Positions 12,734-21,499 of a DNA stretch of 63,502 bases are shown here, piece after piece. The stretch's first letter is position 1; every line of letters starts with the position of its first letter. The notes beneath the pieces were generated by a model that was given only the letters and a program-made list of their open reading frames with translations, did no database searches and was not told the DNA's origin. The DNA lies in NCBI GenBank assembly GCA_964523015.1, contig CAZFXN010000011.1, positions 1 through 63,502 of the forward strand. The letters are read 5' to 3'. Position numbers and translations under genes: made by a program. Origin of the DNA: an uncultured Bdellovibrionales bacterium. Lineage in GTDB: Bacteria; Bdellovibrionota_C; UBA2361; J135.

Positions 12734-14063
12734 CCTGCTATCTCTTGATCTAACTGAGCCAAATTATATTACCTCAAAGGGGAGTATTGTTGGATCTAGA
12801 GGAAACACCCTTACAGCAAAACTACCCCACGCATCGTTAGGTGATCTTTGCTACATTTCAACTCATAGTGAAGAGGTTCCCGCTCAAGTTGTCGCCTTTA
12901 ATGAAGACGTTGTAACTCTAGCCCCACTAAGGGGATTTAATAGAATTGGAACTGGATCTCTTGTTACCTGTACAGGAGCACCACTTAAGGTAAGAGTTGT
13001 TGGAGACTTACTTGGTAAAGTTATTAACGCAATCGGTGAACCACTACTTAAAGGTGTCGATCAGCCGGATCAGTCATGCAAAAATTCAGATGCTCATTCA
13101 CTTAATATATATGCATCCCCACCTAATCCACTTAAAAGAGAGATCATTAAAAGGCAATTGATAACCGGAGTCTCGGTAATTGATACCCTATGTCCGATCG
13201 GTCATGGTCAAAGGTTGGGCCTTTTTGCTAGCGCAGGAGTAGGAAAATCTACCTTACTTGGAATGCTTTCACGAAATGCATCAGTTGATGTTGTAGTAAT
13301 AGGACTGATTGGAGAGAGAGGAAGAGAGGTAAAAGAATTTATTGAAAATAATCTTGGTGAAGATGGTTTAAAAAGAGCAGTTGTCGTTGTCTCAACAAGT
13401 GACGAACTACCGATAATGAGAACATTAGCAGCTTTCACTGCTACATCAATAGCGGAGCACTATAGAGATCAAGGGTGTTCTGTTTTACTTTTAGTTGATT
13501 CTATCACTAGAACTGCAAGAGCAATTAGAGATGTTGGCCTATCTGCGGGGGAGGTCCCTGTTAGACACGGCTATACCTCTTCAGTATACACTGAGTTGCC
13601 ACGTCTCCTTGAACGAGCAGGAACATCTGATAAAGGATCAATCACTGCCATCTATAACGTATTAACTGACAACGAAAGAGAGCTCGATCCTTTAGCTGAA
13701 GAGGTAAAAAGCATCCTTGATGGACATATTGTTTTAAGTAGGCAGCTTGCTGAAAGGGGTGTGCTCCCTGCCGTTGATATTACGTCATCTATCTCGAGAC
13801 TCCTGCCAAATTTACTAAATGATCAGTGGCAAAAAGAATGTCGACAAATAGTAAAGATTGCCGCCAAGATAAAAAAAGATAAGGATATAATTTTGCTAGG
13901 TGGAACGCCTGATGCTGAACTCAAAGCAGCACTTAGTGTCGAAGAGTTAATATATGAGCTGATTAATCAAGATCCAAATGTGACCAGAGGCATAGAGGAA
14001 AGCCGAATCAAGATGAAGGAGATCTTAAAGCGATACAACGAAGTTTTGTCAGTTGCTACTTAA
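12717..14063 (+). CDS. fliI: FliI/SctN type III export ATPase
   Basis: GQRLGLFASAGVGKST, LIGERGREVKEF, DSITR, ERAG, ILDGHIVLSR; ATG 12717 chosen as start. Confidence 0.92.
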   Translation: MNNLASLLSLDLTEPNYITSKGSIVGSRGNTLTAKLPHASLGDLCYISTHSEEVPAQVVAFNEDVVTLAPLRGFNRIGTGSLVTCTGAPLKVRVVGDLLGKVINAIGEPLLKGVDQPDQSCKNSDAHSLNIYASPPNPLKREIIKRQLITGVSVIDTLCPIGHGQRLGLFASAGVGKSTLLGMLSRNASVDVVVIGLIGERGREVKEFIENNLGEDGLKRAVVVVSTSDELPIMRTLAAFTATSIAEHYRDQGCSVLLLVDSITRTARAIRDVGLSAGEVPVRHGYTSSVYTELPRLLERAGTSDKGSITAIYNVLTDNERELDPLAEEVKSILDGHIVLSRQLAERGVLPAVDITSSISRLLPNLLNDQWQKECRQIVKIAAKIKKDKDIILLGGTPDAELKAALSVEELIYELINQDPNVTRGIEESRIKMKEILKRYNEVLSVAT

Positions 14064-14067
14064 AAGG

Positions 14068-14101
14068 AAAGCAACTTTCCCGAATCTGGGAAGTTCGCTT
14101 T
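14068..14101 (+). terminator. Imperfect hairpin after fliI
   Basis: AAAGCAACTTTCCC-GAATCT-GGGAAGTTCGCTTT. Confidence 0.45.
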
Positions 14102-14168
14102 GAAGCTACCTGGACTGTTTCGTAAGAACCTCCTAATCACTGTAGTGATCCTAATAATTCTTCCTCTT

Positions 14169-14854
14169 CTACGGAAGAATATATAGAGAGCTTACATCTG
14201 AGGAAAAGTTTCTTCGTTCCCCCAAGCCAACAGAAGAAGAAGAAGAAGTTGGAAGTGAGACCGTTACTTCAATGGTTGCTCCAATTTTTGGTATTCCTTT
14301 AACAATCAATTGCAGCGAGCTAGTATTAATCGTGTATGTTTTTATAATCTCAGAGCCTGAATAGCAGATAATATTTATAAAGCATCCTCGATCGATAACA
14401 CTTAAACGAGTGCCATCTGGTGAGAGTGCAAGATCATATCCATTGCCAGTAAAATCTTTGCTCAGTATGTCTCCGCCATATTGGTTGATATGATCTCTGT
14501 TGAACCTGTGGAATTTGGGAACACTGCTCCAGTTTGTATAACAGAAACTCGATTTGCATCTCTAGCTCCAGCGATCTTGGGATCAGGGCTAAACACTGTG
14601 TTAGATACGGATGCCTGTAAAAGAGTTGGCTCGCTTGTTGTGTAATCCGTAGATGAATAGATCCTCAATCTCTTCTGCCAGGTTCCGTAATACGTAGCTA
14701 CGAATGCTCCGCTTCCAAACATTTCTACTGCTTGTGGTCCTCCGCCGAATGTTTCCGAAAATTCAGAGATGAGATCTCTATCAACTTGAGCGTATTAAAG
14801 TGATGATATGAGTAGTAGAGTTAGGCCGATGATAGTTTGAGCTGCTCTATACAC
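14169..14854 (-). pseudogene. Pseudogene of a secreted beta-propeller-like protein
   Basis: Signal-peptide-like MYRAAQTIIGLTLLLISSL*YAQ with in-frame TAA at 14795-14797, continuing into ORF 14462-14722; a frameshift near 14490 leads to INQYGG...YDLALSPDGTRLSV...ILP*. Confidence 0.65.
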
Positions 14855-15147
14855 AATCAACCTTGCAAAAAAATAGATCTCTTAATAGTTAATAGATTCG
14901 ACACTACTATGTATATCGTAATTCCTTGTTCTGTTGCTTTGGTGGCAAGTCGCTTAGGGAGACATAGTAATGGTGAAATGATTTTGTTGTTTTTATATAG
15001 TTTTTGCGGCGTTTTACTAATAAATCATGATCGCACAGAACATCAAGAGCGATGTTTTCAACGCGGAGCCAAAGAGAATGAAGCTCCATTTTTGGAATGG
15101 ATTTTTGGAGCGCATGAATTTCTCGATATAGCTCGTAGGTTTTGTGT

Positions 15148-15302
15148 TGAACTTAAAGCAGCTCTTAGTGTCGACAAGTTAATTCGACAAGTTAATTTAT
15201 GAGCTGATTAATCAAGAGCCTGAAGAAAAATGAGACGTCATGCTTAGCAAGCAAATGACAAAAGAAATCTTAAGAAAATATGATGCTGCCTTGATTAGCT
15301 AA
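15148..15302 (+). pseudogene. Displaced, degenerate copy of the fliI 3' end
   Basis: After removing a 13-nt tandem duplication it reads ELKAALSVDKLIYELINQEPEEK*DVMLSKQMTKEILRKYDAALIS*, colinear with the FliI C-terminus. Confidence 0.85.
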
Positions 15303-15346
15303 ACATACAAGCTCACAAATGTTTTGTTTCTGGCAGAATAAAATAA

Positions 15347-15922
15347 TTAAAGTGCCTCTTCTATCGCCTTACGAATCTTGCTTGAAGTTGGAGAGGTCAT
15401 AGAAGAGAACCTAGCGACAACTTGGCCATTTTTATTGACCAATAATTTCACAAAATTCCAGCCTGGATCACCTCTAAATTTTTCCTCAGATTCAGTCGTA
15501 AGAAAGGAGTAAACCGGCTGCCTATTTTCACCTTTTACAATACCTTTAGAAAAAATTGGGAAAGTCGTCTTATACTTTAGTTCGCATAACTTTTTTATCT
15601 CTGAATTATCACCTGGCTCTTGCGAACCAAAGTCATTGCTAGGAAAAGCGAGTATTTCAAATCCACGATCTCTATACTCTTCATACAATTTTTGTAGCCC
15701 GGCGTATTGTGAAGTAAATCCGCACTCAGAGGCAGTGTTCACGACTAACGAAACTTTTCCTTTAAACTTTTCAAGGCTTACCTTTTCTCCATTTACGTTT
15801 TCCACAGCCAAATCGTACAATCCATTTTTGTGCCCAATATCAGCTGCCATAACATTTATCTCTCCTAAATATAATAAGGTCAGTACTAATAAAAATAATT
15901 GCAATACTCTAAGATTATTCAT
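15347..15922 (-). CDS. Glutathione peroxidase family protein (Cys-type, with signal peptide)
   Basis: VNTASECGFTSQY, LAFPSNDFGSQEPG, WNFVK. Confidence 0.95.
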   Translation of the reverse strand: MNNLRVLQLFLLVLTLLYLGEINVMAADIGHKNGLYDLAVENVNGEKVSLEKFKGKVSLVVNTASECGFTSQYAGLQKLYEEYRDRGFEILAFPSNDFGSQEPGDNSEIKKLCELKYKTTFPIFSKGIVKGENRQPVYSFLTTESEEKFRGDPGWNFVKLLVNKNGQVVARFSSMTSPTSSKIRKAIEEAL

Positions 15923-15936
15923 AATGATTAATCTAA

Positions 15937-17043
15937 TTACTCAGACTTATTTGACGGATTCGTGTAAACTATCTGAAAAACATGGACCATCTTTTTTCTA
16001 AAAAATGCTCTGCAGCCAGAGAGATAAAACTTCCACATTCTTTGAAAATGAATGTCGTATTTTTCTGAAATTCGTGGCCAGGCCTTCTCAATATTATCAC
16101 TCCAAGCTTTGAGAGTCTTTTCATAATCAGCTCCAAGATTCTCTACATTTTCAACGATGAGATTGCCTATTTTAGAGTCAAAAAGCTCCTTATGTTTGGG
16201 TATATATCCATTCGGAAAGATATATTTAGTTAACCAAACTAAAAACTGATCAATTGCAGGATTAGAAGTTAAGGAGAAATTGTCAGTTGAAATAACTTGT
16301 AGCAGAAACTTCCCCTGCCCTTTTAAGCAGCGTTCAATCATTTGAAAAAATGCTGGGATATTTTTTCTGCCTACAGCTTCAATCATTTCAATTGAAACAA
16401 TTTTATCAAAATAACCTGAGTAGGTTTTATAATCTTGCAGTAATATCTCTACCGGTAATCCCTTACAACGATCACTTGCAAACTTGGCTTGCTCTGTTGA
16501 CACAGTAAGTCCAACAACTGAAACGCCATAGTGTCGAGTTGCATATTCTGCAAAATTACCCCATCCACAGCCAACATCTAGAACTCTTTGTCCAGGCCTT
16601 AGCTCTAATTTGTTACATATAATTTGTAGCTTCGCCTGCTGGGCTTGTGCAAGATCTTGGGCATCCCGCCAATAACCACTAGTATAACTCATACTAGGAT
16701 CAAGCATTTCTGTAAAAAGATCATTTCCAAGATTATAATGTTTGAGTGCTACTTCAAAAGCACGATCTCCCTTTTGTAGATTAATTATCAATTCATAAAA
16801 CAACCGTCCTATAGTTTGAAAGTGAAGTTTACTGGGCAGTAAATCTGGCTGCCCAAGGATTTGAAACAAAAAATCATCAAGATTATCGCAATCAAATGCG
16901 CCGCTTATATAAGCTTCACCCAAACCAAAAATCCCTTCGCGCTTGAGCAATGAACGGAGTGAGGGTTCTAGTGAAAGACCAAGATCTGTAGAGCAAAGAG
17001 ATTCATTTATACTTCCTTGTACAGTAGTATTCATAAAAATCAT
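15937..17043 (-). CDS. cfa: Cyclopropane-fatty-acyl-phospholipid synthase family SAM methyltransferase (UfaM-like)
   Basis: HYNLGNDLF, LDVGCGWG, SIEMIEAVG, KYIFPNG, RMWKFYL. Confidence 0.93.
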   Translation of the reverse strand: MIFMNTTVQGSINESLCSTDLGLSLEPSLRSLLKREGIFGLGEAYISGAFDCDNLDDFLFQILGQPDLLPSKLHFQTIGRLFYELIINLQKGDRAFEVALKHYNLGNDLFTEMLDPSMSYTSGYWRDAQDLAQAQQAKLQIICNKLELRPGQRVLDVGCGWGNFAEYATRHYGVSVVGLTVSTEQAKFASDRCKGLPVEILLQDYKTYSGYFDKIVSIEMIEAVGRKNIPAFFQMIERCLKGQGKFLLQVISTDNFSLTSNPAIDQFLVWLTKYIFPNGYIPKHKELFDSKIGNLIVENVENLGADYEKTLKAWSDNIEKAWPRISEKYDIHFQRMWKFYLSGCRAFFRKKMVHVFQIVYTNPSNKSE

Positions 17044-17927
17044 CTCCTCCTTTCAGTAAATACAATATCTTCTTTATCGCCTTGCCTTATCTCATCTGCC
17101 ACTTTAAATCGAGTCAACATAGAGAGTACTTTAAGCCTTAGGGAATGAATGATGTTTTGCCTGGATCTCAATGTATTAATACTTGATGGCACAGGTTTTT
17201 TTTTCGGAACAATTTGATGTTTAAAGTAGAGTATCATCGCCTGATAATGAATTTTTATCATTGTAGTTACTGCTGTTAAGGGAAATTTCAATAAAGTGCG
17301 AATAAGATTTTTTGTTGTAAATTCTTGATAACGTCCTCGTAGACTACTATTAAAAACTTCTCTATTAGATTTCAAAAGAGTAATATCGATCTGTAATTTA
17401 GGGGAGAGACTCTGCAAAGTGCATCTGTATTCACCGGACACATCAAAGAATGGGGACACAAAAAAACTTTTGGGGAAACTAAAGCTGATTGGTAAATTTT
17501 TATTATTAAATCCTGCTTGCATAACATAGCTGTGTTTCTCTCCAAAGGTATTATTGACTTCGGCAACTATAGAATGAAGCGTTTCATCTTTGTTGAAAGA
17601 GATAAAGAAGCTAGCTGGATTAAAAACATATCCCAAGAATCTTGGCACCGTTAGTAAGAAGCTTTTTGTATCTACATACGTTATATTTTCATTTGCCAAT
17701 ACTGAATGTAATTTTTCTAGTATAGGCTTAGCTCCACACATCAAATAGTCAGAATCAAAGATACTAAAAACTCCGTATTTATTATGCTTTAAAAGAGGGG
17801 ATTTAATTTGCTCAGAAGCTAATGCTTGTAAATCTAGTTGTAACATAAAAAGAGGGTAAGAGAAGTTGTGAACTTTTCTTTCGTTTCTCCGGTGGTGCAC
17901 TGCTCCCCAAAATACTTTTGTGTTCAT
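17040..17927 (-). CDS. DUF1365 family protein (UfaO-like)
   Basis: HHRR..HNFSY, PRFLGYVFNPASF, AEVNNTFGEKHSY, KSFFVSPF, IHYQA. Confidence 0.9.
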   Translation of the reverse strand: MNTKVFWGAVHHRRNERKVHNFSYPLFMLQLDLQALASEQIKSPLLKHNKYGVFSIFDSDYLMCGAKPILEKLHSVLANENITYVDTKSFLLTVPRFLGYVFNPASFFISFNKDETLHSIVAEVNNTFGEKHSYVMQAGFNNKNLPISFSFPKSFFVSPFFDVSGEYRCTLQSLSPKLQIDITLLKSNREVFNSSLRGRYQEFTTKNLIRTLLKFPLTAVTTMIKIHYQAMILYFKHQIVPKKKPVPSSINTLRSRQNIIHSLRLKVLSMLTRFKVADEIRQGDKEDIVFTERRR

Positions 17928-19201
17928 AGTGAGGTTCCAAGTTTATGCGCTACGCTTAAGGCCGAGCTAACACCATCTTCATGAAATCCATATCCAAGAT
18001 GAGCTCCGCAATAAAATGTATTGCGCTGGCCATTTCTATCTTTGAGTTCTTGCTGTGTCATAACTGAATCTACTGTGTAAATGGGATGTTTATATTCAGT
18101 CTGATAGATTGTTAGTGACGGATCTATCTTTTGATCAGTATTGAGTGTAACAAAATAATCTCTCTTTGTTCTTAAAGATTGCAACTTATTCATATAATAA
18201 GTAATAGAAATGTTTGATTTAATTGGTCCTCTATTTCTTAATCGATAATTCCATGATGCCCAGTGCTTACGTTTTGTAGAAAGAACTGCGGGATCACAAT
18301 GTAGTGTTGTTAAGTTCCTGCTGTATCGCCAGGTAGCAAGTAATCGCCGTTCCTCCGGATCTGGATCGGCCAAAAGAGCTAATGCTTCATCGGCATGAGT
18401 TGCGATAACAACGTATCTAAAATGCTCAACCGACCTATCATCAAAATGAATAGCAATACTATCATTAGCACGTTCAATTCTAGATATTCTACTTTGGGTT
18501 TTGATTCTACCCTTGAAAACTTTCTTGAAAGCTTCAATGTATTTGTGACTACCACCACTAATTGTTTGCCACTGTGGGATTCTGTTTAACTCGAGCATCC
18601 CATGATTTTTAAAAAAAATAGCAAAAGTTGTAGCTGGAAAATCACTGAACTCTACATCTGGACTTGACCAAATTGAGGCAACAAGAGGTTGGAGATAGTT
18701 TATTATAAAGTACTTGCTCACTTTAAGTTTTGAAAGATACTCTCCCATTGTTATTTGGCCAACTTTGTTATCTCTAAGATCGGCCAGAACTTGTTTATTA
18801 AATCGATACCTATCCAACAACATTCTGCAAAATTGAGGTCGTAAAAAATTACCAGGAACTCTTACAAACTCGCTCAATTTTGGGCCTACATAGTTGAGCC
18901 CTGTCTCTTCACAATAAAACCCGAATGACATATCTGAGTTTTGTAAATCTACACCCAGACGATTGAGAAAAGTATAAAAATTTGGATAATTTTGGGCGTT
19001 ACAAACTATAAAGCCAGTATCTATGGCCACACCTTCATCAACAGGCCCTTCAATAATTCTGGTATTAGTATGACCACCAATTGATTCATTACTCTCGAAA
19101 AGAGTCACTGTATATTTTTTATCAAGCAAGAAAGCAGCAGTAATACCGGCTATGCCCGCACCAATTACTGCGATTTTGCTTGCTTCATTTGCAATCGCCA
19201 T
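17924..19201 (-). CDS. FAD-dependent oxidoreductase, amine-oxidase-like (UfaD-like desaturase)
   Basis: IGAGIAG, GGHTNT, DTGFIV, WASWNY, GYGFHEDG. Confidence 0.9.
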   Translation of the reverse strand: MAIANEASKIAVIGAGIAGITAAFLLDKKYTVTLFESNESIGGHTNTRIIEGPVDEGVAIDTGFIVCNAQNYPNFYTFLNRLGVDLQNSDMSFGFYCEETGLNYVGPKLSEFVRVPGNFLRPQFCRMLLDRYRFNKQVLADLRDNKVGQITMGEYLSKLKVSKYFIINYLQPLVASIWSSPDVEFSDFPATTFAIFFKNHGMLELNRIPQWQTISGGSHKYIEAFKKVFKGRIKTQSRISRIERANDSIAIHFDDRSVEHFRYVVIATHADEALALLADPDPEERRLLATWRYSRNLTTLHCDPAVLSTKRKHWASWNYRLRNRGPIKSNISITYYMNKLQSLRTKRDYFVTLNTDQKIDPSLTIYQTEYKHPIYTVDSVMTQQELKDRNGQRNTFYCGAHLGYGFHEDGVSSALSVAHKLGTSL

Positions 19202-19965
19202 AGGTAAAAAACTATTTTCTCATAAATAAAATATGGCAGAATTCTAGTCAGCTTTAGGAACCAATTAAATGGTATCGGAAAACTAATTTCTTTTTTATGT
19301 CTTTGTATTCCATTACATATAATCTCTGCGGCCTTTGATGAGTCTATTAAAAAAGGCATAGGGAAATCGTTTTTATCAGTAAGAGGCGTTTTAACAAACC
19401 CAGGGCAAACTATTGAAACAAAAATATTAAATTCACTAAGATGAAATCGTATACTTTCAAGAAAATGTATAAGTGCAGACTTACTTGCACCATAGGCAGC
19501 GGCCCGTGGCAAACCACGGTACCCAGATAGACTTGAAACTCCTACTATATAGCCAGATTTTCGCTTAATCATCTTTGAAAGAACCGCTTCAATAGTGCGA
19601 AGTGTCCCTCCAAAGTTAATTTCCATTAAATCTATATACTCTTTACTGTCAAAATTTTCAGGGATAGAAAATACATGAGTGCCTGCATTTGCAATTAAGA
19701 TATCAATATTACCTAGTTCATTTTCTATTCTTTCTACCGTATCTTTCAACTCATCAAGGTTCAAGACATCAGCCTTAGCGGGAAAGGCGACTCCTCCAGC
19801 TTGAGTTATCTCTACTGAAATTTTCTCTAAAATATGTGCTCGGCGGGCACTTAGTGCCACCTTAGCTCCACGTTTTGCACATTCGAAAGCAAGTGCTTTT
19901 CCAATGCCGCTACTGGCACCAGTAATCCAGACAACCTTCCCAGAAATGTTATTAGTTGAGTCCAT
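19165..19965 (-). CDS. SDR family NAD(P)-dependent oxidoreductase
   Basis: TGASSGIG, NAG, YGASK, PGFVKTPLT; start set at ATG 19965. Confidence 0.93.
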   Translation of the reverse strand: MDSTNNISGKVVWITGASSGIGKALAFECAKRGAKVALSARRAHILEKISVEITQAGGVAFPAKADVLNLDELKDTVERIENELGNIDILIANAGTHVFSIPENFDSKEYIDLMEINFGGTLRTIEAVLSKMIKRKSGYIVGVSSLSGYRGLPRAAAYGASKSALIHFLESIRFHLSEFNIFVSIVCPGFVKTPLTDKNDFPMPFLIDSSKAAEIICNGIQRHKKEISFPIPFNWFLKLTRILPYFIYEKIVFYLWRLQMKQAKSQ

Positions 19966-19992
19966 TTTGAAAATATAGCTCAAAGTTAAAAA

Positions 19993-20049
19993 ATGTTGAC
20001 TATTTCACTACATAGTTTATATTATGTTGTATAAATATTACATTGTCAA
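19993..20049. promoter_or_regulatory. Overlapping divergent sigma70 promoters with two candidate operator boxes
   Basis: Minus strand TTGACA(20049-20044)-N17-CATAAT(20026-20021); plus strand TTGACT(19996)-N16/18-TATATT/TATTAT; ATGTTG...TACAT boxes at 19993-20013 and 20024-20043. Confidence 0.65.
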
Positions 20050-20164
20050 GGTAAAGCACTTAATGGATCGTTATTTGGGTTCATAGATATATTTCGTGCG
20101 GTGCTATTATGTACTCACTTTTATTCTCAGATCGACGAAAGGAATTATAATTAAGTAAGAATAA

Positions 20165-21049
20165 ATGAGTCAGGAGAATCTTACCCAAGCAGAGATACTT
20201 ACCTCAAGGATATCAAAGGAATATCTGGCAGCAATTTTAATTTCTGATACTGCTTCCGCATCGAAAATTATTTTTGCTGGATTAGCTCAAGGTATCTCTA
20301 TTTTCGACATCTATATAAAGGTTATTTGCCAAGCTCAAAAAATGCTTGGAGTTCTTTGGCTAAAAAGTCAGATTTCCATAACCCAAGAACATCTAGCCAC
20401 TCAGGTATCGACTGCTATTATCTCTACACTCAGACAACAAGTTACTCCTAAAGCCCCACTTGGCTTTAAGGTATTGGTAGCAACCCCAAATTCTGAACCT
20501 CATATTTTTCCAGCCCAAGTAGTTTCTGATTTTTTTTATTTTGATGGGTGGGAGATTTTCTTCCCTGGTAACAACATTCCTGAACAGGATTTAGTTGAGT
20601 TTGTTAAACAGAACAAAATAGACATTGTATGTCTTTCTGTTTCAATAAAGCCAGGGAATAAATTTCAATCCTTTTTAGCAAATCTTAAAAAATTATCTCC
20701 AAAACCCAAAATCATGCTTGGAGGTGCGGCATCTGAACTATTCAGTGCTGATAAACATATTGATGCAATTGTAAGCTCCATAGATGAAGCAACAAAAGTT
20801 GCCCGATCTCTTTTAGGAAAGGAGGCTCAAGAATCTTCTTTGAACCAATATTTAAAGTCCTTGGGAGAAAGAATATATATTAAAAGAAAATCTAGGTCAC
20901 TGAATCAGCAAAAGTTAGCGGAATTAGCTGGCCTTGATCGTGCCTACTTAAGCTCAGTAGAAAATGGAAAACAAAATATTAGCCTGGCAGCTGTAAACAG
21001 GATTGCTCAGGCTTTAGGTTTGACTATTGAGGAACTACTAGAGAAATAA
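20165..21049 (+). CDS. Cobalamin-binding (CarH/LitR-type) protein with C-terminal XRE helix-turn-helix
   Basis: W-x9-EH (WLKSQISITQEH), ExH (SEPHIFP), B12 Rossmann fold (GNNIP, CLSVS, MLGG); C-terminal LNQQKLAELAGLDRAYLSSVENGKQNISL. Confidence 0.88.
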   Translation: MSQENLTQAEILTSRISKEYLAAILISDTASASKIIFAGLAQGISIFDIYIKVICQAQKMLGVLWLKSQISITQEHLATQVSTAIISTLRQQVTPKAPLGFKVLVATPNSEPHIFPAQVVSDFFYFDGWEIFFPGNNIPEQDLVEFVKQNKIDIVCLSVSIKPGNKFQSFLANLKKLSPKPKIMLGGAASELFSADKHIDAIVSSIDEATKVARSLLGKEAQESSLNQYLKSLGERIYIKRKSRSLNQQKLAELAGLDRAYLSSVENGKQNISLAAVNRIAQALGLTIEELLEK

Positions 21050-21122
21050 CAAAGAAAAAGGAGCTAGACTTATTAAATCTAACTCCCTATCTATGATTCC
21101 AAATTAATGGATACTAATAATA

Positions 21123-21236
21123 CTAACAGCAGCCACCTTTATTAGTCTTTGGTGGATTATTTCCAGCAGGCTTTGTTGTCTGTGGATTTTTTGGATTGCC
21201 TTTCGGCTGATTCGGATTTGGTTTATTTTCATTCAT
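21123..21236 (-). CDS. Small 37-aa Pro/Asn/Lys-rich peptide ending GGCC (below the ORF-track cutoff)
   Basis: AGGAG RBS 6 nt before ATG; MNENKPNPNQPKGNPKNPQTTKPAGNNPPKTNKGGCC*. Confidence 0.6.
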   Translation of the reverse strand: MNENKPNPNQPKGNPKNPQTTKPAGNNPPKTNKGGCC

Positions 21237-21499
21237 AATAGACTCCTATTAAGTGCGCTAAACAGTTAGTAATCCTGAGAACACTCTGCCCTCCATATGA
21301 TTCCTAATCTATTAACGTATTAACATGGTACTGCTATCGCTCCATTAATTGTCAATAAGGGCATTTTATCAATGCAATTCAAAATGTTATGTGACTCAAA
21401 CTTTTATATTTTTATGGGAGAAATGATTAGGCTTAAAAAATATCAACTCTTTCGAGAGGTTGAGGGAAACTATCACAACTTACTGAACTCTTTAGGTAA

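Larger units (their letters stand above)
13916..15302. mobile_element. Decayed insertion remnant in the fliI 3' end (diverged direct repeats 13916-14063 and 15148-15302)
   Basis: TGAACTcAAAGCAGCaCTTAGTGTCGA...TATGAGCTGATTAATCAAGA recurs 1232 bp downstream; no integrase present. Confidence 0.6.

Noticed and set aside
14837-15202. 121-aa plus-strand ORF
   Set aside because: TTG start without RBS; its end is simply the displaced fliI tail (ELKAALSVDKL), so it is most likely a chance frame across the insertion remnant.
15347-15922. Selenocysteine in the glutathione peroxidase
   Set aside because: The active-site codon is Cys in an uninterrupted ORF.
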